Below, one piece after another: positions 1-9,200 of a DNA stretch of 64,000 nucleotides. The notes beneath the pieces are model-generated. The model was given only the letters and a program-made list of their open reading frames with translations. It ran no database searches and was not told the DNA's origin. The translations under genes were made by a program, and so were the position numbers. Position 1 is the stretch's first letter; each line of letters starts with the position of its first letter. The DNA is taken from positions 124,001 to 188,000 of the forward strand of contig JBEKTZ010000005.1 in the NCBI GenBank assembly GCA_049515535.1. Direction: 5' to 3'. Source of the stretch: Candidatus Aminicenantales bacterium (GTDB lineage: Bacteria > Acidobacteriota > Aminicenantia > Aminicenantales > UBA4085).

Positions 1-316
1 GGAATCTTTCTCCCAGGATCCCCAAGGCCGAGGACGTCGCCTTGGAGTCCTTGGGAATCTCGACGCCCGGATAGATCGCCATCAGGATCTTAGCCTTCCG
101 ATGGCTGAGCGTGATGTCCTTGATGAAGCCGATCTTGACGCCGGACATCCTGACTTCCGCCTTCTTTTCCAGCCCCGCGGCCGAGTCAAAATTGGCCGTG
201 ACCGTGTAACCCGCTTTCTTAAACAGAACGGACAAGTCCCCGACGATGAAGGTGAACACCGCCAGGATGAGAATGGCCGCCCCGATAAAAATCCCGATGC
301 GAAGCTCGCGACTCAT
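1..316 (-). CDS. mlaD: MlaD/MCE family protein (5' part; runs off window edge)
   Basis: Manual translation MSRELRIGIFIGAAILILAVFTFIVG...FDSAAGLEKKAEVRMSGVKIG shows an N-terminal TM helix and MCE domain; follows mlaE-mlaF. Confidence 0.85.
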   Translation of the reverse strand, partial: MSRELRIGIFIGAAILILAVFTFIVGDLSVLFKKAGYTVTANFDSAAGLEKKAEVRMSGVKIGFIKDITLSHRKAKILMAIYPGVEIPKDSKATSSALGILGERF

Positions 317-335
317 GGTTCCGTCCTTTTCCCCC

Positions 336-1082
336 TCACCAATTCGTGATCGGGCCTTCGGCCCGTCCATGGATGAATTGCTGGACGATGGGGTTCGCCG
401 AATTCATGATCTCGTCCGACGTCCCGGCGGCGATGATGTGGCCTTCATAAAGCATGGCGATTCTGTCCGCGACCTTGCGGGCGCTGACCATGTCGTGCGT
501 GATCACCACCGACGTCACGTTCATTTCCTTCCTCAAGAGCACGATCAGCTCGTTGATCGCATCTGCCCGGATGGGATCGATGCCCGTGGAGGGCTCGTCA
601 TAAAGGATGATCTCCGGCCGATAGGCGATCGCCCGAGCCAACCCCACCCGTTTCTTCATGCCGCCGCTGAGCTCGTGCGGCATCAGGCGTTCTATCCCGT
701 GCAGCCCGACCTTGTCCAGGCACTCCGCCACCCGTCGGGCAACGGCTTCCGGCGCCAGATCGGAGCACCGCTCCAGGCCGAACGCCACGTTTTGGGCCAC
801 GGTCATCGAGTCGAAAAGCGCCGCGGCCTGAAAAAGCATCCCGAACTTGCGGGTCACCCGCTGTCGCTCCTCGCCCCCCAGGGCCGTGACGTTCAATCCG
901 TCGATATGGATTTCGCCGCCATCCGGTTTCAGAATGCCGATGAGGAGCTTGAGGAGAACGCTTTTGCCGGACCCGCTCTGCCCGATGACGACCATCGTCT
1001 CGCCCGTCCGGATTTCGAGATCCACGCCGTTCAGGACCTTCTTCGGACCGAACGACTTGACGAGATCGACGATGCGTATCAT
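336..1082 (-). CDS. mlaF: Mla-type ABC transporter ATP-binding protein
   Basis: Walker A GQSGSGKS, signature LSGGMKKRVGLARA, LYDEP Walker B; operon context. Confidence 0.92.
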   Translation of the reverse strand: MIRIVDLVKSFGPKKVLNGVDLEIRTGETMVVIGQSGSGKSVLLKLLIGILKPDGGEIHIDGLNVTALGGEERQRVTRKFGMLFQAAALFDSMTVAQNVAFGLERCSDLAPEAVARRVAECLDKVGLHGIERLMPHELSGGMKKRVGLARAIAYRPEIILYDEPSTGIDPIRADAINELIVLLRKEMNVTSVVITHDMVSARKVADRIAMLYEGHIIAAGTSDEIMNSANPIVQQFIHGRAEGPITNW

Positions 1083-1086
1083 CGGT

Positions 1087-1869
1087 TTATCCGGGCAGGA
1101 ATTTGCTCAGGAAAAAATTGACGATGAGGATGCAGATGCTGGCGATCACGACCGTCCGGGTCGTGGCCCGGCCCACGCCTTCGGCGCCGCCTTCGGTCTT
1201 GAGCCCCTGCCAGCAGCCGATGACGGCGATGATGACGCCGAAGACGGCGGCTTTGAGCAGGCCGGTCATGACGTCCCAAAACTGAAGATACTGGAGGGTG
1301 TTCCGGAGATAGACTCTCCCGTTCACGCCCATGATCGTCACGTTGTAGAGCATGCCGCAAACGATGCCGATGATGTCGCCGAACAGGGTCAGGCAGGGGA
1401 GCATCAAAAAAGCGGCGGCCATCCGGGGCACGACCAGATACCGGTTGGGGTCGACGCCGAGCGTGAAGAGCGCGTCCACCTGCTCGGAGATCCTCATCGT
1501 CCCGATCTCCGCGGCCATCGACGAGCCGACCCGGCCCGCGACCATGAGGCCGACGAGGATCGGGATGAGTTCCTTCGTCAGTCCCAGCGATATGATCGGG
1601 CCGCCATAGGCTTCCGAGCCCTGGCCGATGTAGCGGTGAAAGCCGATATAGGTCTGCAGGCCGAAGACCAGGCCGCCGAACGCCGCGGTGAGGGAGACGA
1701 CGGGCAGCGTGCGTGCGCCGATCTCATCGAGCTGTTGCAAAAAAATTTTTTTCTCCCACGGCTTCCGGAAAAGGTTCTTGAACGTCGCGGCGAACAGAAT
1801 CCCCACTTCGCCGAGCTGCCGGACGAATTCGACGAAAAGAGAAATCCTACGGTTCCGGGCCATCCTCAC
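1087..1869 (-). CDS. mlaE: MlaE family ABC permease
   Basis: GRVGSSMAAEIGTMRISEQVDAL and GGAEGVGRATT motifs; start overlaps the dnaB stop. Confidence 0.92.
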   Translation of the reverse strand: MRMARNRRISLFVEFVRQLGEVGILFAATFKNLFRKPWEKKIFLQQLDEIGARTLPVVSLTAAFGGLVFGLQTYIGFHRYIGQGSEAYGGPIISLGLTKELIPILVGLMVAGRVGSSMAAEIGTMRISEQVDALFTLGVDPNRYLVVPRMAAAFLMLPCLTLFGDIIGIVCGMLYNVTIMGVNGRVYLRNTLQYLQFWDVMTGLLKAAVFGVIIAVIGCWQGLKTEGGAEGVGRATTRTVVIASICILIVNFFLSKFLPG

Positions 1870-3239
1870 GCCTCGGCTTCAGCATAGGTCTGTTCCAAGT
1901 CCGCGAATCGGGCGTATTTATCTTGAAAAGCCAGCTTGACCATGTCCGTCGGTCCGTTCCTCTGCTTGGCGATATTGACCTCGGCGACGCCCCGCACGCG
2001 CGCGTCCTGCATCCGCTCGTCCTTGGACATGTACATTTCCTCGCGAAAGATGAAAATGACGACGTCGGCGTCCTGCTCGATGGCGCCGGACTCCCGGAGG
2101 TCCGAGAGCTGGGGCCGGGGCTTGCCGCGTCCCTTTTCGGGCGCGCGGCTGAGCTGGGAGATGCCGACAACGGGAATTTGAAGCTCCTTGGCCAGTTCCT
2201 TGAGCGATCGCGAGATGAAGGACATTTCCTGGTTGCGGTTCTCGAAACGGCCGCCCGTCCGCATGAGCTGGATGTAGTCGATGAACACGATGTCGAGATG
2301 TTTTTCCATCTTGAGGCGGCGCGCCTTGGCCTTCATCTCCATCAGCGTCAGGGCGGGGGTCTCGTCGATATAGATGCCGGCGTGGGACAGTTTGTCCGCG
2401 CTGAGGCGGATCCGCTCGAGCTCCCGCTCGCTGATGTATCCCGTGCGGACGCTCTTGATGTCGATCAGAGCGTCCGCGCAAAGCATGCGGATGACGATGG
2501 CTTCCTTCGACATTTCCATCGAAAAAAAACCCGCGGAGAATCCCTTGAGGCCGATATACTGGGAGATGTTCAAGCAAAGGGCGGTTTTGCCCATGGACGG
2601 CCGGGCGGCGATGATGACCAGCTCCTGGGGATGGAACCCCGCCGTGAGCTTGTCGATGTCGCGGAAGCCCGAGGGAACACCGGTGATGGCCTCCCGTCGC
2701 TCGGCCAGCCGTTCGATGATGCCCATGGTCGGCCCGGCGAGGTCGGCCATCGAAAGGAAGCCCTGTTTCGTCCGGTCCTCGGCCACGTCGAGGATGGCCG
2801 CCTGGGCCTCGTCGAGGAGTTCGTCTGCGTCCCCTTTCTGTTCGTAGCTCGCGCTGATGATTTTGGCCGAGGAAAGGATCAGCCGCCGCAGCATGGCCTG
2901 TTCTTTGATGATCCGCGCGTAATACTCGACATTCAGGCTTTTCGGCACGCCGTCCATGAGGGAGGCCAGATAAGCCGCCCCGCCGACTTCATCGAGAGAC
3001 CCGTCTCTCCGGAGGTCCTCGCTCAGGGCCAGGAGCTCGACCGGGCTCCCTCTGTCGACGAGATGGCTGATCCTCTCGATGATCTTCCGGTGAGCGTCCC
3101 TGTAAAAATCCTCGGGCGCGATGATGGAGAGGACGACGTTGAGGTTTTTATTGTTGACCAGGATCGCGCCGAGAACGGTCTTCTCGGCCTCGAGGCTGTG
3201 GGGAGGAGTCTTCTTCAGAAACATGAGATCGAGTTCCAC
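1866..3239 (-). CDS. dnaB: Replicative DNA helicase
   Basis: PPHSLEAE N-terminus, AARPSMGKT, DYIQLM, SDLRESGAIEQDAD, KQRNGPT; no intein. Confidence 0.97.
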   Translation of the reverse strand: MELDLMFLKKTPPHSLEAEKTVLGAILVNNKNLNVVLSIIAPEDFYRDAHRKIIERISHLVDRGSPVELLALSEDLRRDGSLDEVGGAAYLASLMDGVPKSLNVEYYARIIKEQAMLRRLILSSAKIISASYEQKGDADELLDEAQAAILDVAEDRTKQGFLSMADLAGPTMGIIERLAERREAITGVPSGFRDIDKLTAGFHPQELVIIAARPSMGKTALCLNISQYIGLKGFSAGFFSMEMSKEAIVIRMLCADALIDIKSVRTGYISERELERIRLSADKLSHAGIYIDETPALTLMEMKAKARRLKMEKHLDIVFIDYIQLMRTGGRFENRNQEMSFISRSLKELAKELQIPVVGISQLSRAPEKGRGKPRPQLSDLRESGAIEQDADVVIFIFREEMYMSKDERMQDARVRGVAEVNIAKQRNGPTDMVKLAFQDKYARFADLEQTYAEAEA

Positions 3240-3317
3240 GAATCTCCTCCTTTCGGGCTTTGGTGGTCCGCTCCCCCGCCCGGGCCGGCCGCGAATTCCC
3301 GAAGGACGCGGCCCTGT

Positions 3318-3791
3318 TTATTTTTCGGCGGCCGCTTCTTCCTTCTCTTCCTCTTTGACGACGGCGACCCGGATCTCCGCCTTGTCGTCGTGGAAGACCT
3401 TGATCGGAACGGTGTAATTTCCCAGCCGCTTCAACGGTTCGTTCAGGACGATCTTTTTCTTGTCGATGTCGAAGCCGAGCTTGTCCAAGCCGTCCTTGAG
3501 ATCCGTCGCGGTGACCGATCCAAAGATGTGGTCTTTCTCGCCGGCCTTGCGGCTGAACGAGAGCGTGACCTGGTTGAGCTTCTCGATGAGGTCCTGAAAG
3601 GACAGCCGCTCTTGCTCGACCTTCTTCTTCAGGACTTTCCGTTCGATATCGATCATCTTCATGTTCGAGGACGTGACCTCGATCGCCAGTTTCCTGGGAA
3701 TGAGAAAATTCCGTCCATAGCCCGCGGCGACGTTGACGAGATCGCCCTTCCGTCCAACGTTTTCGACATCTTGTTTCAGGATGACCTTCAT
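3318..3791 (-). CDS. rplI: 50S ribosomal protein L9
   Basis: MKVILKQDV..GYGRNFLIP; FGSVT. Confidence 0.97.
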   Translation of the reverse strand: MKVILKQDVENVGRKGDLVNVAAGYGRNFLIPRKLAIEVTSSNMKMIDIERKVLKKKVEQERLSFQDLIEKLNQVTLSFSRKAGEKDHIFGSVTATDLKDGLDKLGFDIDKKKIVLNEPLKRLGNYTVPIKVFHDDKAEIRVAVVKEEEKEEAAAEK

Positions 3792-3818
3792 GATTCCTCC
3801 CGTGGGGTCCGCGACATC

Positions 3819-4076
3819 TTAATCTTCGACATAGGGGAGCAGGGCCAGCAAGCGCGCCCGCTTGATGGCTTCAGCCAGTTTCCTCTGGTGAAAAGCGCAG
3901 GTTCCCGTGATCCGGCGGGGCGAGATCTTGCCCCGATCGGGGATGTATTTTTTCAAAATGTCGACGTTCTTGTGGTCTATGAACTTCACGTTCCGCTGGC
4001 AGAACCGACAGAACTTCTTCTTGGGTGGAAAGAATTTCTTGTAGGAACCTCGTTCGGCTCTTTCTTCTCTGGCCAT
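3819..4076 (-). CDS. rpsR: 30S ribosomal protein S18
   Basis: [34 protein letters not shown]. Confidence 0.97.
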   Translation of the reverse strand: MAREERAERGSYKKFFPPKKKFCRFCQRNVKFIDHKNVDILKKYIPDRGKISPRRITGTCAFHQRKLAEAIKRARLLALLPYVED

Positions 4077-4077
4077 C

Positions 4078-4500
4078 TTACGCCTCCTCGCTCTTTGTCG
4101 TGTCCGGCGCCGGGGCTTCTTCTTTGGCCCGCGCCTCGGCCGCCGGCTCTTCCGCGACGACCTCTTTCGCCCGGCTCCGGCCCGCCGCCTTTTTCTTTTT
4201 CCGGACGTTCATCTGCGTTTCCTTCACCAGCGTCAGGTAGCGGAGGATCGTGTCCATCTGCCGGAAACGGCGCCCGAGCTCCAGCGGGATGTCGGGCCCG
4301 CCCTCATAGTGGAAAAAGACATAGTAGGCCTCGCCGGATTTACCGATGGCGTAGGCCATTCTCCGTTTGCCCCATTTCTCCAGCTTGACCATCTTCCCGT
4401 TTTTCTGGCTCACGACGTCGCTCATCTGCTGGATGACCGCGTCGGCCTCTTCTTCGGTCATGCTGGGAGTAATGAGAAATCCCGTCTCGTACTGTCTCAT
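4078..4500 (-). CDS. rpsF: 30S ribosomal protein S6
   Basis: [15 protein letters not shown]; strong AAGGAGG RBS. Confidence 0.95.
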   Translation of the reverse strand: MRQYETGFLITPSMTEEEADAVIQQMSDVVSQKNGKMVKLEKWGKRRMAYAIGKSGEAYYVFFHYEGGPDIPLELGRRFRQMDTILRYLTLVKETQMNVRKKKKAAGRSRAKEVVAEEPAAEARAKEEAPAPDTTKSEEA

Positions 4501-4504
4501 GAAA

Positions 4505-4556
4505 ACCTCCTTATGGTTTATCAGCTCCTCCTCTCTCGGAGGGGGAGCAAGGAGAA
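4505..4556 (-). promoter_or_regulatory. Probable S6:S18 ribosomal-protein leader RNA (autogenous control)
   Basis: Minus strand CTCCTTGCTCC-hairpin-GGAGCTGATAAACCATAAGGAGG; CTCCTT can pair with the Shine-Dalgarno, the known rpsF leader layout. Confidence 0.55.
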
Positions 4557-4586
4557 GACGTTATGTTTCCCCTGATTGAGATCGCA

Positions 4587-5144
4587 TTAATTGAATTGAC
4601 TCATCGCTCTGTCGATGCCGCCCTCCAGGATCAGGTCCAGCGCCTCCCGGGCCTTGGCCAAGCTTTCCTCGAAGCGCGCCTTCTCGTTCCGCCGGAACGG
4701 CGAAAGCACGAACTGGACGATATCGCCGCCCTCGGGCGACGGCCCGATGCCCACGCGGATGCGCGGAAAGCGGGTCGAGGCGATCTCTTCGACGATCGAC
4801 GTTATCCCTTTGTGCGTCCCCGGACCGCCGTCCTTCCGGATCCGAATGGCGCCGAGCTCGATATCGACGTCGTCATAGACGACCAGGAGCCGCCCGGGAT
4901 CGAGGCGGAGGCCCCGGACGAGCTCTCCGACGGCCCGCCCGCTCGCGTTCATCGAGGTCTGCGGCATTGCCAGGATCACGTTTTCCGACCCCCTCTTCAG
5001 TTCGGCCGTCTTCGAAAGATATTTATTCTTCTTCACGCGCACGTCCCAGGCCTTGGCCGCTCTCTGAATGAACAGGAAGCCCGCGTTGTGGCGGGTGTCC
5101 GCATATTTCCTCCCGGGATTGCCCAGGCCCACGACGGCCCACAC
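4587..5144 (-). CDS. pth: Peptidyl-tRNA hydrolase
   Basis: VGLGNPG..TRHNAGF, MNASG, GTHKG. Confidence 0.96.
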   Translation of the reverse strand: MWAVVGLGNPGRKYADTRHNAGFLFIQRAAKAWDVRVKKNKYLSKTAELKRGSENVILAMPQTSMNASGRAVGELVRGLRLDPGRLLVVYDDVDIELGAIRIRKDGGPGTHKGITSIVEEIASTRFPRIRVGIGPSPEGGDIVQFVLSPFRRNEKARFEESLAKAREALDLILEGGIDRAMSQFN

Positions 5145-5147
5145 GAA

Positions 5148-5822
5148 TTATTTCTCCTCCGGCTCTTCTTTCTTCCGCTCTTTTTTGATGACTTCGGGCT
5201 CGGCGGGCTCGGCGGCGGCCGTCTCTTCCGCGGCGACTTCCTCTTCCGGCTTGGCCTCGACCTTCTCTTCGTGCGGCACCTGGATCAGGACGAGGACCGT
5301 GTTCGGCTCGCTGATCAATTTCACGCCCTGAGGCGGCGTGATGTCCGCGACCTTGAACGATTGATGAAGATGAAGGGTGGAAATGTCGACGGTGATGCGC
5401 TCGGGGATGTCCACCGGCAGACATTCGATCTCGACTTCACGGGTCATGAAATCCACGAATCCGCCTTCGGTTTTGACGCCTATGGCTTCGCCGCTGATCT
5501 CGAGCGGGACCGCGACCCGGATGGCTTTATCCATGGCGATCTGGATCAGGTCGGCATGCAGCAGCTCGTCCGACATGGCGTCGATCTGGACATCCTTGAA
5601 CATGACGTTCTTTTCCTCGGAATCGAAGGCGATCCTGAAGATCGTGTTCTCCCCGGTTTCGGATTTCAGGATGCCGGCAACGTCCTTTCTGGCCAGGGTC
5701 AGGGGAACGCTCTCGGTCCCTTGGCCGTAGAGGATGGCGGGGATACGTCCGCTCCGCCGGATCCGGCGCGCCGCGTTTTTCCCGAAAATATCTCTTTTTT
5801 CGCTTTTGATCACCAGGCTCAT
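5148..5822 (-). CDS. rplY: 50S ribosomal protein L25/Ctc
   Basis: GKNAARRIRRSGRIPAILYG; long Ctc-type C-terminal domain; prs-rplY-pth order. Confidence 0.95.
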   Translation of the reverse strand: MSLVIKSEKRDIFGKNAARRIRRSGRIPAILYGQGTESVPLTLARKDVAGILKSETGENTIFRIAFDSEEKNVMFKDVQIDAMSDELLHADLIQIAMDKAIRVAVPLEISGEAIGVKTEGGFVDFMTREVEIECLPVDIPERITVDISTLHLHQSFKVADITPPQGVKLISEPNTVLVLIQVPHEEKVEAKPEEEVAAEETAAAEPAEPEVIKKERKKEEPEEK

Positions 5823-5836
5823 GGGTGTCTTCCTCC

Positions 5837-6766
5837 TTACGCGAACAGTGAACTCACGGAGCTCCCTTCGTTGATTCTGCGGATGGCTTCACCGAAGATC
5901 TCGGCGACCGACAAGGTGACGATTTTCCGGCAGCCTTTGCTTTTATCGTTCAAGGGAATGGTGTTCGAGACGATCAGTTTTTCGACGGGCGATTTGTCGA
6001 TCTTCTCGACGGCCTGCCCGGAGAGGACGGGATGCGTGCAGGCGGCGAAGATGGATTTCGCCCCGTTCTCCTTCAGCGCCTCGGCGCTGAGGACCAGGGT
6101 TCCGGCCGTGTCGACCATGTCGTCGAAGAGGATGCAGTTCTTGTCCTTGACGTCGCCGATGACGTTGAAGACCTGGGCGACGTTCGGCGCCGGCCGACGC
6201 TTGTCGATGATGGCCAGGTTCGCGTCCAACCTCCTGGCGAAGAACTTGGCCCGTCCCACGCCGCCCGCGTCGGGCGAGACGACGGTCAGGTCCGAAAGAT
6301 TCAAGCTCTTGATATATTTGGCCAGGGCCGGAGTGCCGATGAGATTGTCCACGGGGATGGAAAAGAAGCCCTGGATCTGGGGCGAATGAAGGTCCATGGT
6401 CAGAAGCCGCTCGGCTCCCGCGGTCTCGAGCAGATCGGCCACGAGACGGGCCGAAATGGGCACGCGGGGTCTATCCTTCCAGTCCTGCCGGGCATAGCAA
6501 TAGTAAGGCATGACGGCCGTGATCCGGTCCGCCGAAGCCCGCTTGAAAGCATCGATCATCAAGAGCAGCTCCATAAGATGGGAGTTGGCCGGATGGGAAC
6601 CGCTCTGGATGATGAAGATGTCTTCGCCGCGCACGTTTTCATCGATGTAGAAATGGATCTCGCCGTCGCTGAACCGTTCGAGGACGCATTTGCCCAGCTC
6701 GATCTTGAGATAGCTCGTGATCTCGCGGGCGAGGCCGAGGTTGGAAGAGCCGGCGAATACTTTCAT
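5837..6766 (-). CDS. prs: Ribose-phosphate pyrophosphokinase
   Basis: FSDGE, YARQD, DLHSPQIQGFF, VSPDAGG, DDMVDTAGT. Confidence 0.97.
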   Translation of the reverse strand: MKVFAGSSNLGLAREITSYLKIELGKCVLERFSDGEIHFYIDENVRGEDIFIIQSGSHPANSHLMELLLMIDAFKRASADRITAVMPYYCYARQDWKDRPRVPISARLVADLLETAGAERLLTMDLHSPQIQGFFSIPVDNLIGTPALAKYIKSLNLSDLTVVSPDAGGVGRAKFFARRLDANLAIIDKRRPAPNVAQVFNVIGDVKDKNCILFDDMVDTAGTLVLSAEALKENGAKSIFAACTHPVLSGQAVEKIDKSPVEKLIVSNTIPLNDKSKGCRKIVTLSVAEIFGEAIRRINEGSSVSSLFA

Positions 6767-6785
6767 GATCGCTTCCTTTGTCTCA

Positions 6786-7745
6786 CTATCTCCGAATTTT
6801 CTTTATGTCTAAACTGGGGCGGGAGGATTCGAACCCCCGAATAGCGGATCCAAAGTCCGCTGCCTTACCACTTGGCGACGCCCCAACTTCGAACTCGCTC
6901 CAGCCTTGCTCCCGGGTCAGCGTCTCGACGAGAACGGCCGCGCCGCGCTCTTTCGCGACGGCGAAACACCGCTCGGCCTTGACCCGGTCGCGAAAAAGGC
7001 CGTAAACCGCCGAGCCCGAGCCCGTCACGAGAGATAATTCCGCGCCTTGGTCCCGGAAAAGGCTCTTATACTCTTTTAACCGCGGATAGAGGCTAAATAT
7101 AGTCTCTTCTAGTCTATTTTCCAGAAAACCAAACGCTCGGGTCTCTAAAAACCCGTTAATTCTACTGTCTTTACCCTCCGAAGTCAAGGATGACGGCAGA
7201 AGGCGCGCATAAATCCCGGCCGTCGCGACCGGGAAGGGCGGGATGGCCAAAACCACGGGAAAACCGGGCAGTTCCGGGAGAGGCGTCAGCGCGTCTCCCC
7301 TGCCTTCTCCGAGGCAAAGCCCGCCCTCGAAAAAATAGGCGACGTCGGCGCCCAGCGTCTTTCCGATCTCCGCCAATTCCCTTTTATCCAGGCCGAGACC
7401 CCAGAATTTATCGAGGGCGAGGAGCGCCGCGGCCGCGTTGCTGCTGCCGCCGGCCAGACCCCGGCCCGCGGGGATTTTTTTATCGACGCGGATGCCGACC
7501 CCTCGGCCGGCGCCGTAACGATCGCGGAGAAGCGCCGCGGCTTTGTAAATCAGGTTGTTTTCGTCCCAGGGAATGGAAGGATCGTTCCCTTCCAGGACGA
7601 TTCCGGGCGGGGCGACCTCACGGAGCTCCAGCGTATCGGCGAGGCTGATCCATTGGAACAAGGTCTTGATGTCATGATAGCCGTCGGGTCTTTTCCGGAT
7701 GATCTCGAGGCCAAGGTTGATCTTGGCGAACGATTTAATTTTCAT
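6786..7745 (-). CDS. ispE: 4-diphosphocytidyl-2-C-methyl-D-erythritol kinase (ORF reads through tRNA-Gln)
   Basis: AKINLGL..GYHDI, KKIPAGRGLAGGSSNAA, GADV, TGSGSAV. Confidence 0.95.
   Translation of the reverse strand: MKIKSFAKINLGLEIIRKRPDGYHDIKTLFQWISLADTLELREVAPPGIVLEGNDPSIPWDENNLIYKAAALLRDRYGAGRGVGIRVDKKIPAGRGLAGGSSNAAAALLALDKFWGLGLDKRELAEIGKTLGADVAYFFEGGLCLGEGRGDALTPLPELPGFPVVLAIPPFPVATAGIYARLLPSSLTSEGKDSRINGFLETRAFGFLENRLEETIFSLYPRLKEYKSLFRDQGAELSLVTGSGSAVYGLFRDRVKAERCFAVAKERGAAVLVETLTREQGWSEFEVGASPSGKAADFGSAIRGFESSRPSLDIKKIRR
6814..6885 (-). tRNA. tRNA-Gln(UUG), CCA not encoded
   Basis: TGGGGCGTCGCCAAGTGGTAAGGCAGCGGACTTTGGATCCGCTATTCGGGGGTTCGAATCCTCCCGCCCCAG forms a full cloverleaf with a TTG anticodon. 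Confidence 0.95.
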
Positions 7746-8433
7746 GTCTCAGCATCTTCTCGATGTCCGCCCACGTCTTGGAGGCATAGGCCGTCACGAA
7801 ATCCGCGGTCCATGCGTTTTCGGAGAGCGGCTTGTTGAAAGCCATGGCCAGGATGCCGAGGTTCCCGCGGCTATCGGGGCTCCGGAATTCCAAACGCCGG
7901 GGGACCGGGCTTCCCGGAAAAAACTCCACGACCGTGAACTCGAGGTTTCCTCTCCAGCCCGCGGCCTTCCGGCCTTCGGCGTCGTCATTGAATTTCCAGG
8001 CTGAGAGAAGCTGCTGGTCTTCGATCGTTTCGGCCTTCCATCGCCCGCAGAGCAGGCCGGTCATTTCCCGCAGACTGAGCCGAAAACCCAGGAACTTTTC
8101 CATGATCTCGTCCGGGGAGGCCTGCCAATAGGTCTTTTCCGAGGAAAGGATAAAATAACCGTCCCGGTCGTTGATGAGGATCTCCGCGACTTTCCGGCCG
8201 AGAGGGTCTTGAATTTCAACTTTGGCCCGGTGGGGCAGACTCAGGACAAAGGCGAATTTGGATTTGGCCGTTTCCCCGCTTCTCGTTATTTTTAGCGAGG
8301 CGTAACCCTCGATCTCGACGAGCGACGGGGGGACGGTCGGGATCATCACGAGCGGAACGCGGCAGGAGAAAGAGAGAAGAACGACCGTAAGCGCCGGGAC
8401 GGCCCGGACGACGATCTTTTTTATGGCGTTCAA
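7735..8433 (-). CDS. Lipoprotein, possibly LolB/LolA-fold
   Basis: Signal peptide with a lipobox-like SFSC; occupies the lolB position upstream of ispE; beta-rich sequence. Confidence 0.55.
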   Translation of the reverse strand: MNAIKKIVVRAVPALTVVLLSFSCRVPLVMIPTVPPSLVEIEGYASLKITRSGETAKSKFAFVLSLPHRAKVEIQDPLGRKVAEILINDRDGYFILSSEKTYWQASPDEIMEKFLGFRLSLREMTGLLCGRWKAETIEDQQLLSAWKFNDDAEGRKAAGWRGNLEFTVVEFFPGSPVPRRLEFRSPDSRGNLGILAMAFNKPLSENAWTADFVTAYASKTWADIEKMLRHEN

Positions 8434-8475
8434 AGGAAAACGTCCTCGGTCCGCATTCCGAAAGCGGGGGCGGTT

Positions 8476-8760
8476 TCAATCATCTTGTTTGAAGCCGCGG
8501 TCATCGGACTTTTTTTGCTCCGGCGTCCGCGGCACGGAAGCCGGCGGGGCTCCGTCATCGGAAAGTTTGAAGCCGTAGTCGTCGGCCTTGATCTGTTTGG
8601 CCCTGAGCGCTTTCTGCTCCGCGGCGATCTTTTTTCTGCGCCAAAGAGGATAAAAAGGAGATCTCAGGCGCTTGCCGAAACACGACAGGTTCGGGTTGAA
8701 GATCAAGAGAAGGATAAAAGCCCCGAAGATAACGAGAAGGCCGGTGACACCCCAATTCAT
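8476..8760 (-). CDS. Small membrane-anchored hypothetical protein
   Basis: N-terminal TM helix, GAGG RBS, C-terminal repeated DDxGFK motif. Confidence 0.65.
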   Translation of the reverse strand: MNWGVTGLLVIFGAFILLLIFNPNLSCFGKRLRSPFYPLWRRKKIAAEQKALRAKQIKADDYGFKLSDDGAPPASVPRTPEQKKSDDRGFKQDD

Positions 8761-8899
8761 GATCGATCCTCTTCAATGAATTTCGCGGGAGGTTCGAGAC
8801 CCGGATCACGCGCGCGTTTATTATAGGGCTCGCCGCTAAAAAAGAAAAGAGGACAATGCAAGATGCGCGGATGCTCCCGGGACGGCCAGGAGCAAACGA

Positions 8900-9019
8900 T
8901 CAGTCTTCCTGGAATTCAGGGTACTTGGCTCTTTCCTTCTCTTTTCCCAATTGAAATCCGATAAAAAAAGCAGAGGAAACAGCGATGACCGTGAATAGCG
9001 TTCTAAAAAAGTCTTTCAT
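8900..9019 (-). CDS. 39-aa small membrane protein (not in ORF track)
   Basis: MKDFFRTLFTVIAVSSAFFIGFQLGKEKERAKYPEFQED*; AAGG RBS and TTGACT-16-TAAAAT promoter at 9067-9040. Confidence 0.6.
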   Translation of the reverse strand: MKDFFRTLFTVIAVSSAFFIGFQLGKEKERAKYPEFQED

Positions 9020-9200
9020 CCGAAAACCTTCCGATTTTTATTTTATCCAAGCGCCCGAAAAAGTCAACACAAAAAGAACGCGACCCATGGAACCGGCGAG
9101 ATGCCGGCCTCCGCGTTCCGGGCGCTTGTGTTTCCGCATTTGCTTTCTCTCCGTTTTGCCGATATATTGAATGAAGATCCGCGAGGACACCGAGGTCATC

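Noticed and set aside
1923..6389. Long plus-strand ORFs (821 aa and 608 aa) and similar ORFs opposite dnaE, fabF and the hydrogenase genes
   Set aside because: Antisense shadows of well-supported genes; no motifs or RBS.
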